Below, piece after piece: positions 7,925-17,469 of a stretch of DNA of 33,944 bases. Numbering within the stretch: the first letter of the stretch is position 1; every line of letters starts with the position of its first letter. Source of the stretch: a virus; the IMG/VR virus record IMGVR_UViG_3300045988_039608, positions 1 to 33,944 of that record, one strand, 5' to 3'. The position numbers and the translations under genes are program-made. The notes beneath the pieces are model-generated. The model was not told where the DNA came from, ran no database searches, and saw only the letters and a program-made list of their open reading frames with translations.

Positions 7925-9085
7925 ATGAAAAATTTAAAAAAATTAATTGAAAAACGCAATGAATTAGTAATGCAAATGGATAATCTTGTTAAAGTAGCGG
8001 ACGAAGAAACACGTGCGCTTAATGAAGAAGAAACAACAACATTTAAAGGCCTACAAAAAGAAGTAGCAGATATTGATAAAACATTAAAACTTGCACAAGA
8101 AGAACGCTCCTTAATGTCTGTATCTGATGATGAAACACCAGCTAAAACAGATGAAAAAGCAATGGCAATGGCAGAAGAACGTGCATTTGCAAATTTCTTG
8201 CGCACAGGTGAAACAACATTTAATGATGAAGAAACACGTTCCGATGTAAATTTAACAAAAGGCGATAATGGCGCTGTAATTCCTACAACAATTGCAGATA
8301 GAATTATTGCGACAGTTAAACGTGTAGCACCAATTCTTGAATTATCTGATTTCTATGATGTAAAAGGTGACTTAACCTTTGTAGTAGAAGATGAAGCTAC
8401 ATCTAAAACTACATGCGCATATGTGGGTGAGTTCCAAGAATTAGAAAGCACTACAAATAAATTCAAATCTGTAGTATTAAAAGGTAATGTTGTAGGTGTA
8501 CTTACAAAAGTATCTAAATCCTTGATTAATAATGCAGGCTTTGACATTGTTAATTATGTAATTACAAAAGTGGCAGAAGCTATTGTTACATTCCTTGACA
8601 ATGAAATGCTTAACGGCTCCGCTAAAATCCAAGGATTATTGCAAGCAAAACAACAAGTAACAGCTGGTGCAGCATCTGCATTAACTGCTGATGATCTAAT
8701 TAATTTGCAATTTGCAATCCCTCAAAATTTCCGTGGTAATGGTGTATTCATCATGAACCCAGAAACATTTAAAGCATGCGCAAAATTGAAAAATGCACAA
8801 GGCGAATATTTATTAAATAAAGACTTTACAAATGGATTTGGCTATACATTATTGGGCCGTCCTGTATTTGAGTCTGACAATATGCCAAAAGTTGCAACTA
8901 AAGCTAAAGTAGCTGTATTTGCAGACCTTAAAGGCTATGCAACTAAAATTAGTGGTGATAGCGCAGAAATCACAGTTCTACAAGAACGATTTGCTACACA
9001 ATATGCAGTAGGTGTTGCAGGCTATGTGGAAATTGACGGTAAAATTGTAGATGAACAACGCATTGCAGTATTGGCAATGGCTTAA
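7925..9085 (+). CDS. Major capsid protein, HK97 fold, with an N-terminal coiled-coil (delta/scaffold-like) region
   Basis: ATG 7925 is preceded by AGAGGA. The N-terminus KNLKKLIEKRNELVMQMDNLV is helical. Size and position after the protease fit a capsid gene. Confidence 0.8.
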   Translation: MKNLKKLIEKRNELVMQMDNLVKVADEETRALNEEETTTFKGLQKEVADIDKTLKLAQEERSLMSVSDDETPAKTDEKAMAMAEERAFANFLRTGETTFNDEETRSDVNLTKGDNGAVIPTTIADRIIATVKRVAPILELSDFYDVKGDLTFVVEDEATSKTTCAYVGEFQELESTTNKFKSVVLKGNVVGVLTKVSKSLINNAGFDIVNYVITKVAEAIVTFLDNEMLNGSAKIQGLLQAKQQVTAGAASALTADDLINLQFAIPQNFRGNGVFIMNPETFKACAKLKNAQGEYLLNKDFTNGFGYTLLGRPVFESDNMPKVATKAKVAVFADLKGYATKISGDSAEITVLQERFATQYAVGVAGYVEIDGKIVDEQRIAVLAMA

Positions 9086-9100
9086 TAAAGGATAGTCTTT

Positions 9101-9277
9101 ATGAAATATAAAGTTATAGTTGGCTATAGTGGGGTAGTATCTGCCCCACTTGGTAGTATTGTTGAAATCACAGATAAAGAAATTTCTAGTGATTTATTAC
9201 AAGCAGGTTATATTGAGCCTATTAAACAAACAAGAGCAAAAGCAAAAGAAGATGATGCGGTAGATACAGAGGACTAA
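9101..9277 (+). CDS. Small 58-aa protein between capsid and connector (not in the ORF track, below its length cutoff)
   Basis: ATG 9101 to TAA 9275-9277 encodes MKYKVIVGYSGVVSAPLGSIVEITDKEISSDLLQAGYIEPIKQTRAKAKEDDAVDTED. It fills an otherwise unexplained gap. Confidence 0.5.
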   Translation: MKYKVIVGYSGVVSAPLGSIVEITDKEISSDLLQAGYIEPIKQTRAKAKEDDAVDTED

Positions 9278-9280
9278 ATA

Positions 9281-9598
9281 ATGAAAGTTAGTAAACTAAC
9301 AATTGAAATTGTGGCTAACTATATCCGAGTAGAAGTAACCGCTGCAAGCAAGCCTATCCTTGACATGGTGCTACCTGCTGCAGTTGAATATTGTGCTACT
9401 TATACAGGCTTATCAAAAGAAGAGCTAGATGAATATGATGATATGGCAATGGCAGTAATGGCATTATGTGGAGAGTTTTATGACAATAGAACTTATACCG
9501 CAGTAGAAAATGCGATTGTGAACCCTACTACGCAAGCAATATTGGATAAGTACTCAATGAATTTAATGGAGGGGTACCAATATGTACAGAAAGGGTAG
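9281..9598 (+). CDS. Head-tail connector (gp6-like)
   Basis: 105 aa in the first position after the capsid. VANYIRVE...AAVEYCATYTG matches the gp6-like pattern. Confidence 0.55.
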   Translation: MKVSKLTIEIVANYIRVEVTAASKPILDMVLPAAVEYCATYTGLSKEELDEYDDMAMAVMALCGEFYDNRTYTAVENAIVNPTTQAILDKYSMNLMEGYQYVQKG

Positions 9599-9926
9599 AT
9601 TAAGCACTTTATTGCAACATGAAGCAGAAATACATGCTAATAGAAAATCTGATGTAATGAACGAACTAGGACAATATCCAATAGTAGATACTGTTTTAGG
9701 TAACATGTTTTGTGGGGTAATTCCACAAACAGGTGGACTATTAAGCGGTAGAGCAGCTGAAACCACATTAGCTAGAACCACACATAAGATTATTTGCAGA
9801 TACAGAAATGATATTGAGCCAGATATGTGGCTTATCATTGAAGGTCAAAAGTATAATATCTTATATGTAATGGATCCGTATCTTAACAAAGAGCGGTTAG
9901 AGATATTTACAGAGGTAGTAATCTAA
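9582..9926 (+). CDS. Head closure / head-tail adaptor protein (Phage_H_T_join-like)
   Basis: The C-terminal THKIICRYRNDIEPDMWLIIEGQKYNILYV pattern is typical of this family. Confidence 0.6.
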   Translation: MYRKGRLSTLLQHEAEIHANRKSDVMNELGQYPIVDTVLGNMFCGVIPQTGGLLSGRAAETTLARTTHKIICRYRNDIEPDMWLIIEGQKYNILYVMDPYLNKERLEIFTEVVI

Positions 9927-10384
9927 TGAGTGTTGATATTGAAACGGAAGGCCTAAGCGAATTTACTCAAGAGTTATTGGACTTAGCAAATAAAGATTTC
10001 CCAAAGGATACGAAAAACTTCTTGCAACGTGCAGGGAATAAATTTAAATCCAACGCTAGAAATAACTATAAAAAAGGGACCTCAACAGGGACAAAGAACC
10101 TAGTAAAGGGCCTAAAACGTGATAGAGCATATAAATATGGCAAGGATGAGTGGCAAGTACGTGTTAAAAATACAGCGCCACATGCATGGTTAGTTGAACA
10201 TGGACATGTAATGCTTGGGCATAAATCACAAGGAAAACCTAAGCTTATAGTTGGCAATACAGGGGAAGCCTTTGTAAGGGGTAAAAATATCATGGGTAAA
10301 ACGGCCAAGGCATTTCCTTCTGAATATCAATCTATGGCAGAAGAGTTTATTGATAAAATGCTAGATGAAAAGGGGTTAGGTTAG
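9926..10384 (+). CDS. HK97 gp10-family tail-completion protein
   Basis: HAWLVEHGH motif plus gene position. Confidence 0.55.
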   Translation: MSVDIETEGLSEFTQELLDLANKDFPKDTKNFLQRAGNKFKSNARNNYKKGTSTGTKNLVKGLKRDRAYKYGKDEWQVRVKNTAPHAWLVEHGHVMLGHKSQGKPKLIVGNTGEAFVRGKNIMGKTAKAFPSEYQSMAEEFIDKMLDEKGLG

Positions 10385-10386
10385 TA

Positions 10387-10842
10387 GTGGTTACAGCAGT
10401 AGACATTGTTAAAGCGCTAACAGTAAAATGCAGGGAACTACTGGGCTGTGATGTTAATGATAGGGATATATCAGAGGGTTTTGAAAGACCTTCATTTTTT
10501 ATTGAAGTAGTAGATTTTAAGAATGAGGATATAGGAACTATTCTCAGAGGGGACACTTTAAACATCTATATTTATTATTTCAATGAGAAACGTGAAACAG
10601 GATACCTAAGTTTATTGAAAGCACGTGAAAGCTTACGTGAAATGTTGGGTAATCCTATACAAGTAGTTGAAGGGTATAGCATTACAGCAGATGAAATAGT
10701 AGAAACTATTAACAAAGCAGATATGTCCTATATTACTAACTTTGATATTACAATTTATCAAAACAGACCAGAAGAAGAAAAACCATACATGGAAGAGTTG
10801 GCAGTCAATGGACAATTACAAAAGTCCACAGAAAATATATAG
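10387..10842 (+). CDS. Head-tail joining / tail terminator-position protein
   Basis: 151 aa with a GTG start after AAGGGG. It is the last gene before the sheath. The call rests on position only. Confidence 0.4.
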   Translation: MVTAVDIVKALTVKCRELLGCDVNDRDISEGFERPSFFIEVVDFKNEDIGTILRGDTLNIYIYYFNEKRETGYLSLLKARESLREMLGNPIQVVEGYSITADEIVETINKADMSYITNFDITIYQNRPEEEKPYMEELAVNGQLQKSTENI

Positions 10843-10868
10843 CATCCACAATTGTAGGTGCTTTTTTG
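10841..10868 (+). terminator. Terminator-like hairpin upstream of the sheath gene
   Basis: AGCATC...GGTGCT stem (one wobble) followed by TTTTTT. It shares the left arm AGCATCCA with the hairpin at 7873. Confidence 0.45.
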
Positions 10869-10889
10869 TTAAGCAGAAAGAGGTAAAAC

Positions 10890-12005
10890 ATGGCAATTGG
10901 CTTACCAAATATTGATATTGTCTTTATTCAAAAGGCAGTGTCTGCAGTGCTTCGTTCTGAACGTGGCACAGCGGTGATCATTGTTAAAGATGATAAACAA
11001 ACAACAGCAGGCTATGAAATTTATAAGTTTGAAGCAGATATTTCTGATAAAAAATATAATGCTGAAACCATTAAATTGTTAAAACGCTGCTTCTATACAA
11101 ATGTAAATAAATTAGTTGTATTACATGTACCAACAAAAACAACTGCATTTACAGATGTAAAACCAATCCTAGATAGAATTAAATATAACTGGGCATGCAC
11201 TCCAGTAGCGGAATGGCAAACAGATTTAGTGTCTTACACAAAAAGCCGCAATGTAATTTCTAAAGGGCGAAAAGTTAAATGCGTAGTAGCAAATGTTACA
11301 GTTGCTGATGATAAACATGTAGTAAATATGAAAGGTCAATATGTACATGAAGCTGATGCGGAAGCAGGTACTAATGTAAAAATGACAGATTATTTACCAC
11401 GAATTACAGCAATTTTGGCTAACTTGCCAATGAACCGTAGCATTACTTACTATGAACTAGAAGATTTGGATTATGTAGATAATTCCTATATTACGAGTGA
11501 AAAAGATGTAAACAAGTGGACTGATGAAGGCTGGTTACTTCTTATCAACGATGATGAAGATAATGTAGTACGTGTAGGCCGTGGGGTTAATACATTAACC
11601 ACATTTACATCTACAGAAACAGAGGACATGCGTAAAATCATTATTGTTGAAAGTATGGACTTGATCATGGAAGATTTATATTCTACATTCAAAAAATATT
11701 ATGTAGGCAAATATAAAAATCACCTGGATAACCAATATCTATTTATTTCTTCTGTAAACTCTTATTTCAAATCTTTAACTAAAGTAGTTAATGGCGAAGT
11801 ATTAGATCCAGAGTATGATAATCATGCTTATGTTGATGTTGAAAATCAACGTTTAGCGTGGCTATCTGTAGGTAAAACAGAAGCAGAGGACTGGGATGAA
11901 GATAAGGTTAAAAAAATGTCTTTCAAATCTACAGTATACCTTGCTGCTAAAATTAAAATTCTTGATGCAATGGAAGATTTATCCTTCCAAATCACAATGG
12001 AATAG
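10890..12005 (+). CDS. Contractile tail sheath protein (XkdK-like, short form)
   Basis: N-terminus MAIGLPNIDIVFIQKAVSAVLRSERGTAVIIVKDD. 371 aa, directly followed by an XkdM-like tube gene. Confidence 0.7.
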   Translation: MAIGLPNIDIVFIQKAVSAVLRSERGTAVIIVKDDKQTTAGYEIYKFEADISDKKYNAETIKLLKRCFYTNVNKLVVLHVPTKTTAFTDVKPILDRIKYNWACTPVAEWQTDLVSYTKSRNVISKGRKVKCVVANVTVADDKHVVNMKGQYVHEADAEAGTNVKMTDYLPRITAILANLPMNRSITYYELEDLDYVDNSYITSEKDVNKWTDEGWLLLINDDEDNVVRVGRGVNTLTTFTSTETEDMRKIIIVESMDLIMEDLYSTFKKYYVGKYKNHLDNQYLFISSVNSYFKSLTKVVNGEVLDPEYDNHAYVDVENQRLAWLSVGKTEAEDWDEDKVKKMSFKSTVYLAAKIKILDAMEDLSFQITME

Positions 12006-12015
12006 GGGGTAAATT

Positions 12016-12447
12016 ATGGCCAATAAAGATATTCATAATCAAATTTTGCGTGGTCAGTTTGGTAAAGTATGGATTGACGGTGAACTATTTGCGAATGTTA
12101 AAAGCTTTGAAGCTAAGATTTCTCTTAAATATGAAGCTGTAGACATTAACGGAGAAATGGGAGTTCATCAACGCTTGGTAGGTTTTGAAGGTGCAGGCAC
12201 GCTAGTACTTCACAAAATTGATAGCCGAGTTGCACAAAAAATTGCAGGCAAAATTAAAAATGGTAGTGTTCCAGACATTAAGATTGTGTCTAAAGTAACT
12301 GATCCAGATGTAAACGGTGCTGAACGTATCGAATTAACAGGGGTTACATTAGATGAATTGACACATGCATTTGAAAATAAGAAAGTGCAAGAGGAAAGTT
12401 ATCCATTCAAATTTGCGGATTATAACTACCTAGACTATATTCTTTAA
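12016..12447 (+). CDS. Tail tube protein (XkdM-like)
   Basis: 143 aa. ILRGQFGKVWIDGELFANVKSFEAKISLKYEAVDINGE pattern, positioned after the sheath. Confidence 0.7.
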   Translation: MANKDIHNQILRGQFGKVWIDGELFANVKSFEAKISLKYEAVDINGEMGVHQRLVGFEGAGTLVLHKIDSRVAQKIAGKIKNGSVPDIKIVSKVTDPDVNGAERIELTGVTLDELTHAFENKKVQEESYPFKFADYNYLDYIL

Positions 12448-12454
12448 TTTTAAT

Positions 12455-12487
12455 AAGGCGGTGCGAGTGTACCGCCTTTTATATTTT
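12455..12487 (+). terminator. Rho-independent terminator after the sheath and tube genes
   Basis: AAGGCGGT (12455-12462) pairs with ACCGCCTT (12471-12478), followed by TTATATTTT. Confidence 0.7.
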
Positions 12488-12505
12488 CATTAGGAGGATA
12501 ATATA

Positions 12506-12883
12506 ATGGCTAAAGTACAACTAGAAGATTTGCTAAATAGAACCATGAACGAGGGTTTTCAATCCAAAGATGTATATGTTAAGGGATTAGGTGGGGAATT
12601 AACTGTAATTCATCAACCACTACCGACTGTATTACGCATTATGGATGAAATTAAAGCAGATGCATCTTTATCTGTGGTAATGGATGCAATGGTACAACTC
12701 ATCTATGCATGTGTTCCATTATTTAAGAACAAAGAGCTACAAGCTAAATATGAGTGTGCAGAACCTACAGATGTAGTATACAAAGTATTAAATGATAGCG
12801 TTGAGGACATTACTGCATTGGGTGAAGCTATTTTAGAAATGTATGGAATTGCAAATCCAGTTGACGAAGTAAAAAAGCAATAG
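12506..12883 (+). CDS. Tail assembly chaperone, short (zero-frame) product (XkdN-like position)
   Basis: 125 aa between the tube and tape measure genes. It ends ...DEVKKQ*, with a slippery heptamer two codons before the stop. Confidence 0.7.
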   Translation: MAKVQLEDLLNRTMNEGFQSKDVYVKGLGGELTVIHQPLPTVLRIMDEIKADASLSVVMDAMVQLIYACVPLFKNKELQAKYECAEPTDVVYKVLNDSVEDITALGEAILEMYGIANPVDEVKKQ

Positions 12884-13035
12884 GGGCGGACAGGGAACTA
12901 ACTATGTTCCGCTATTATATGCGTAAGGGGCATACATTATCCTCACTACTTGAACTAGATCCATTGGAAAGAACATTTTATTTAGCATGTTTTGAAATGG
13001 ATATGGAAGATATAGAAAGGAGCAATAATGGCTAA
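12506..13035 (+). CDS. Tail assembly chaperone, long -1 frameshift product (slip at 12871-12877, then 12877..13035)
   Basis: The -1 frame adds AIGADRELTMFRYYMRKGHTLSSLLELDPLERTFYLACFEMDMEDIERSNNG with no stops. It ends 8 nt into the tape measure gene, as in gpG/gpGT-type pairs. Confidence 0.65.
12871..12877 (+). promoter_or_regulatory. -1 programmed ribosomal frameshift slippery heptamer A_AAA_AAG
   Basis: The zero frame reads GT(A AAA AAG) CAA TAG. The heptamer is in the correct X_XXY_YYZ register. The -1 frame is open from 12877 to 13035. Confidence 0.75.
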
Positions 13036-14944
13036 AAGCATTAATGTCTTGCTTAGCTTGAAAGATAAATTTACAGCTCCAATGAAAAAAGTAGGAGATA
13101 CTTCAAAGGATACTGAAAGAAAAATTTCTGCTATGAAGAACAAGCTAACAGGGTTTGGTAATGGCATTAATAATAAATTCTTAGGTATAGCAGGCAGCAT
13201 TGGGAAAATGGGCCTTGCAATGTCTGGCCTTGGTGCATTTGCAAGTGTGGGTGCTATTGTTGAATATGGCAAGAAAGCACTAGAAACTGCAAAAAGTGCA
13301 GAACTATCACAAACATTATTAAGAAATAGCTTAGCAAACAATAATTCCTTGTATGATAAATCTGCTGCTTCATTAGATGCTGCACAAAAGCAGTTAAACG
13401 ATTACGCAGCGAAATGGGGAAAAGTTGGGGTTATTTCAGCAGGGACTATACGTGCAGGCTATCAAGAACTGAACAAATGGAATGTTCCTGTAGATAAAGT
13501 TAATGATTTATCAGAAGCGCTTACAAATTTAGTGGCAGGTAAATTTGGTATTAATGCAACAGCAGAAGATGCACAGATAGCTTCACAAGCAATTGGCCGT
13601 GCATTTAATGGTGATGTTGCAGGCTTGAATAAGATGAAAATACCACTTACGGAAGCACAAAAAGAGATCATTAAGAATGGTACAGAAGCAGAAAGATTGG
13701 CAACAATCAATGAAATTGTTAATGGAACATTCTCTAAACAAAATGAAATCTTAGCAAATACACCAGACGGACAATTAAAAAGGATGAAAAATCAACAGGC
13801 TGCACTTATGGCTACCATTGGCAAGGGGTTATTGCCAATGCAAAAAGCATTTATTGACATGGTAAGCACAATCATGCCAATAGTGGCACCTGTAATACAA
13901 GACATATTTAATACCTTTAGTGGTGCATTTACTTGGATTGCACAAGTGATTACAGAAAACAAAGAAACAATTAAGAGCAACCTAACAGAAGCAATGAATG
14001 TTGTGAAAGGGGTACTAGCTACAGTAGGGAACGTAATTAAATGGTGTACAGAAAACTTAGGGTTTATGTTACCAGTAATTAAGGCACTAGCAATAGGATT
14101 TGTTGCATTTAATGTAATTGCTAAAGTAATTCCAATTGTAATGGCTGTAGTTAATGGGTTTATGCAAGTAATTAAAGTAGTTAGATTACTTAGCATGCTT
14201 ATGATGAGTAATCCTATATTACTTGCAATTACAGCAATAGCATTAGCAATCTATCTATTAATTACCAATTGGGAAACGGTTAAAGAAGTGGCATTAGCGG
14301 TATGGGATACAATTTCAAGCTTTGCTACAGAAATGTGGGATAACATTGTAAATGGATGCATGACATTTGTAAATTATGTAGTTCAGTTAGTAACATCTTT
14401 ATACAATAGCTTTATGCAAATCATGGCACCAATATTGGACGGAGTACAACAAATCTTCAATGGAATTATCACATTCTTAACAGGTGTATTTACTGGAAAC
14501 TGGGATATGGCCTTTAGTGGATTGGTACAAATCTTTACAGGGTATTTTAGTGTAATCAAGTCTGTGGCAGAAGGAGTACTTGGCTGGGTACAAGATAAGC
14601 TTCAATGGGCAGGCGATAAAATAGATGCCATTAAAGAAGGTGGAGCGTGGCTATATAACAATACTGTAGGACGAGTTACAGAAGGGAATAATGCAACTGG
14701 CACAGAGTATTGGAAAGGTGGCGCAACATACGTTAATGAAAATCAACGTGGCGAGATTATCAATCTACCTAATGGATCACAGGTAATACCACATGATGAA
14801 AGCATGCGCCAATTAGCTAATAACAGAGGAAATGTTACTGTTAATGTAACAGTGCAAGGGAATGTGATTGGTAATGAAGAATTTATGGATGCATGCGGTA
14901 ATCACATAAGCAATAAAATAATGTTAGCAATGGGCAATATGTAG
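13028..14944 (+). CDS. Tail tape measure protein
   Basis: 638 aa, Ala/Gly/Ile-rich with central hydrophobic segments, immediately after the chaperone pair. Confidence 0.8.
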   Translation: MAKSINVLLSLKDKFTAPMKKVGDTSKDTERKISAMKNKLTGFGNGINNKFLGIAGSIGKMGLAMSGLGAFASVGAIVEYGKKALETAKSAELSQTLLRNSLANNNSLYDKSAASLDAAQKQLNDYAAKWGKVGVISAGTIRAGYQELNKWNVPVDKVNDLSEALTNLVAGKFGINATAEDAQIASQAIGRAFNGDVAGLNKMKIPLTEAQKEIIKNGTEAERLATINEIVNGTFSKQNEILANTPDGQLKRMKNQQAALMATIGKGLLPMQKAFIDMVSTIMPIVAPVIQDIFNTFSGAFTWIAQVITENKETIKSNLTEAMNVVKGVLATVGNVIKWCTENLGFMLPVIKALAIGFVAFNVIAKVIPIVMAVVNGFMQVIKVVRLLSMLMMSNPILLAITAIALAIYLLITNWETVKEVALAVWDTISSFATEMWDNIVNGCMTFVNYVVQLVTSLYNSFMQIMAPILDGVQQIFNGIITFLTGVFTGNWDMAFSGLVQIFTGYFSVIKSVAEGVLGWVQDKLQWAGDKIDAIKEGGAWLYNNTVGRVTEGNNATGTEYWKGGATYVNENQRGEIINLPNGSQVIPHDESMRQLANNRGNVTVNVTVQGNVIGNEEFMDACGNHISNKIMLAMGNM

Positions 14945-14954
14945 GAGGTGTGAA

Positions 14955-15602
14955 ATGGGTTTTAAAGATAATGCTAAGCAAGTAATGACACAACGATTAC
15001 ATGCAAAGCAAGCAGAATTACAAAAACTTGCAGTAACACGTGCTACAAGATTTGCTGATAAAATATCACATGGTTTAGTAGGTAAAATCTTAGATTACGC
15101 TGAACGAAAACCAACAACAGATATTGTGTTTCATTCTGAACTAACCGATGAATATATTACATTGCCAGTAGTTCCAAATCCTTTGCCAACTATAAATGAG
15201 CCACAAACAAATGAAACATTTGCAGGATTAAGAGGAGATATTAAGTTAATTGGGCCATTAGGCTTACGGTCACTTACACTTGATAATATCCTTTTACCTG
15301 TGAATAAAGACTATTCATTTATTCGTGGTAATGGAACAGACGGCTTACAAGTGCTTCAATTTTTCCAAGCACAAAGGCAGATGAAGGCTGTGATGCGGAT
15401 TTGTATTATTCAATCAGACGGAAACGAGATATTAAATATGCCGTGCGTAGTGAATGATCTATCATATTCTTATGACAAAATAGGAGATATTAAAGCTACT
15501 ATAGGAATTGAAGAATATGTTTACACTAACACATCTACTACTACTCAATCTGCAACAGGTGGAGAAAATAAGGCCACTGATAGTAAGGCGGTTAAGCCAT
15601 GA
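14955..15602 (+). CDS. Tail/baseplate protein (XkdP position; no clear LysM motif seen)
   Basis: The call rests on position after the tape measure gene in an Xkd-like gene order. Confidence 0.4.
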   Translation: MGFKDNAKQVMTQRLHAKQAELQKLAVTRATRFADKISHGLVGKILDYAERKPTTDIVFHSELTDEYITLPVVPNPLPTINEPQTNETFAGLRGDIKLIGPLGLRSLTLDNILLPVNKDYSFIRGNGTDGLQVLQFFQAQRQMKAVMRICIIQSDGNEILNMPCVVNDLSYSYDKIGDIKATIGIEEYVYTNTSTTTQSATGGENKATDSKAVKP

Positions 15603-17080
15603 AGTTACAGTATACTAACACAACAAAAGGAAAAGACGGTAAAGACGTAACAGAAACACGTGAAATTACTGCATACACAAATAACTATCAACGGTCAGAC
15701 GGAATAGATACGCTAGGCCAAGAATTTACATTTGATTTAGTTGATAATCCATTTGATTTCAATATGATGAACCAAAGGCTGGCAATTGGTGGGAAAATTG
15801 AATTTTCAAATCAAGTTAGTAACAATAATAAAAGTGCTACCATGACACTTAATGAAGAACCAAAGGAAGAAATTGTATTCCAAGGTATCATAGTGGCAGA
15901 AAAACAAAGTGGCACAAATAAATACACATATACATGCTTTGATTATTGCTTCTATTTGAATAAATCAGAAATAGAAATTCAGTTCAATGGAGTTAGTGGA
16001 CTAGATGCAATTAAAGCGGTATGCAGTGAGAATAATGTCCCATTAGGAAATGTAGCTGATATAAAGACGAAGATAAAGAAAATATATCAAGGGCAACCTG
16101 TATCAGATGTAATAAAGGACATTATTAAGCAAGCAACAGAAGAAACAGGCTACAAATACAGATTGGAATATAGAGAGGGGAAAGTCCACGTAGAAGATTA
16201 TAAGGAATTAGTATTGGATAAGGTAATTACTCAACCAATAAATAACTACTCACGTGATCTATCTATGGAGGATATGAGAAATTCCGTTCTAGTTATTTCA
16301 AGCAAAGAAAAAAGTAAGTCTGTTAAATCGACAATTCAAGATGATGAAAGTATTAAGAAGTATGGATTGATTAAGAAAATTGTTAAAGTTGATGATAAGA
16401 AATCAGCACAAACCGCACAAATTGCCAAGAAAACAATTCAAGAAAGCAATAAGATTAAAGAAAATTTAAATTTAACGCTATTAGGTGATGATGCGGTACG
16501 AAGTGGCAGGGTTCTTATTATCGATGATTACACGGTTGATATTCATGATAAATTCTTAGTAACTAACTGCAAACATAATTATGGGGTTAATCACACAATG
16601 ACATTAGATTTAAAAAGGGTGCAAGCAGAACTTGATACAAGTAGTTATGCACAAGCGACAACTACAGTAGCTAGCAGTAATGGTGTAGGTGGTGCAGATG
16701 CTAAGCAAGTGGATGCTGGAATGCAAGCTATGAATGGTTATGAAAGTGTGTATAGAGATAATGGATGTGTAGATGTAGTAGTAAATACAGGCTCATACTA
16801 CAATCCATTTTTAAAACAACAAGCAGATATTGGAGTGGCCAATGTTGATACACTTGTAGGAAATGCACAAAATGCAGGGTATAAAGTTGAAGCTTTTAAT
16901 GGCTATGCTAATAAAGGGGATATTTTAGTATATGGCAACAATGATCATGTAGTTATTTCAGACGGTGCAGGCGGTGCATTTGGAAATAGTAGCAGTGCAG
17001 GTCATGCAATGTTTTATTCAGATGCAAATTATGCGTGGCATAATAATGAAGCACCTACTAAAGTAATAAGAATGTCATAG
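15599..17080 (+). CDS. Baseplate hub-type protein (XkdQ position) with a C-terminal Cys/His papain-like (CHAP/NlpC-P60-like) putative cell-wall hydrolase domain
   Basis: The C-terminal roughly 120 aa contain YRDNGCVDVV (Cys) and KGDILVYGNNDHVVISDG (His), spaced as in papain-fold amidases/peptidases. Confidence 0.5.
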   Translation: MKLQYTNTTKGKDGKDVTETREITAYTNNYQRSDGIDTLGQEFTFDLVDNPFDFNMMNQRLAIGGKIEFSNQVSNNNKSATMTLNEEPKEEIVFQGIIVAEKQSGTNKYTYTCFDYCFYLNKSEIEIQFNGVSGLDAIKAVCSENNVPLGNVADIKTKIKKIYQGQPVSDVIKDIIKQATEETGYKYRLEYREGKVHVEDYKELVLDKVITQPINNYSRDLSMEDMRNSVLVISSKEKSKSVKSTIQDDESIKKYGLIKKIVKVDDKKSAQTAQIAKKTIQESNKIKENLNLTLLGDDAVRSGRVLIIDDYTVDIHDKFLVTNCKHNYGVNHTMTLDLKRVQAELDTSSYAQATTTVASSNGVGGADAKQVDAGMQAMNGYESVYRDNGCVDVVVNTGSYYNPFLKQQADIGVANVDTLVGNAQNAGYKVEAFNGYANKGDILVYGNNDHVVISDGAGGAFGNSSSAGHAMFYSDANYAWHNNEAPTKVIRMS

Positions 17081-17091
17081 GAGGTGAAATA

Positions 17092-17469
17092 ATGGAAGAG
17101 TGGCACGGTCAAATTGCTGCCGCTTTGAAAGAACGCAATAACCCAGTGAGGATTGGTGCAGTTCTTGGCGAAGTAGTAAGTACATCACCTTGGAAAGTAG
17201 CAATCAAAGACGGTAAATTTATGATTGATGCTTCAAATGGGTATGTCTGTTTTCAATTAATTCACCACATTACAACGTATTCTTATAGGCATAGTGGGAA
17301 AATGACACATAAAGGCTGCCCTGCAGGACCAAAAACAGATTATGATGCACAAGGGGAAGGAAAAATAGTATTGAATGAACTATGGAAAACAGGGGATAAA
17401 GTGCTAGTAATACCAGATGAAAATGAACAACACTTTTTCATTGTTGATATAGTCAAGGAAGGTGTATGA
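17092..17469 (+). CDS. Baseplate protein, XkdR/DUF2577-like
   Basis: RIGAVLGEVVSTSPWKVAIKDGKFMID pattern, 125 aa, Xkd gene order. Confidence 0.55.
   Translation: MEEWHGQIAAALKERNNPVRIGAVLGEVVSTSPWKVAIKDGKFMIDASNGYVCFQLIHHITTYSYRHSGKMTHKGCPAGPKTDYDAQGEGKIVLNELWKTGDKVLVIPDENEQHFFIVDIVKEGV

Noticed and set aside
7711-8205. 164-aa minus-strand ORF spanning the protease/capsid junction
   Set aside because: It is antisense to two well-supported structural genes and crosses the intergenic terminator. The translation is Ser-rich and low-complexity.
12982-14196. Minus-strand ORFs (119, 82 and 134 aa) inside the tape measure gene
   Set aside because: They are antisense frames of an Ala/Gly/Ile-rich gene that happen to stay open. 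There are no RBSs and no gaps in + strand coding.
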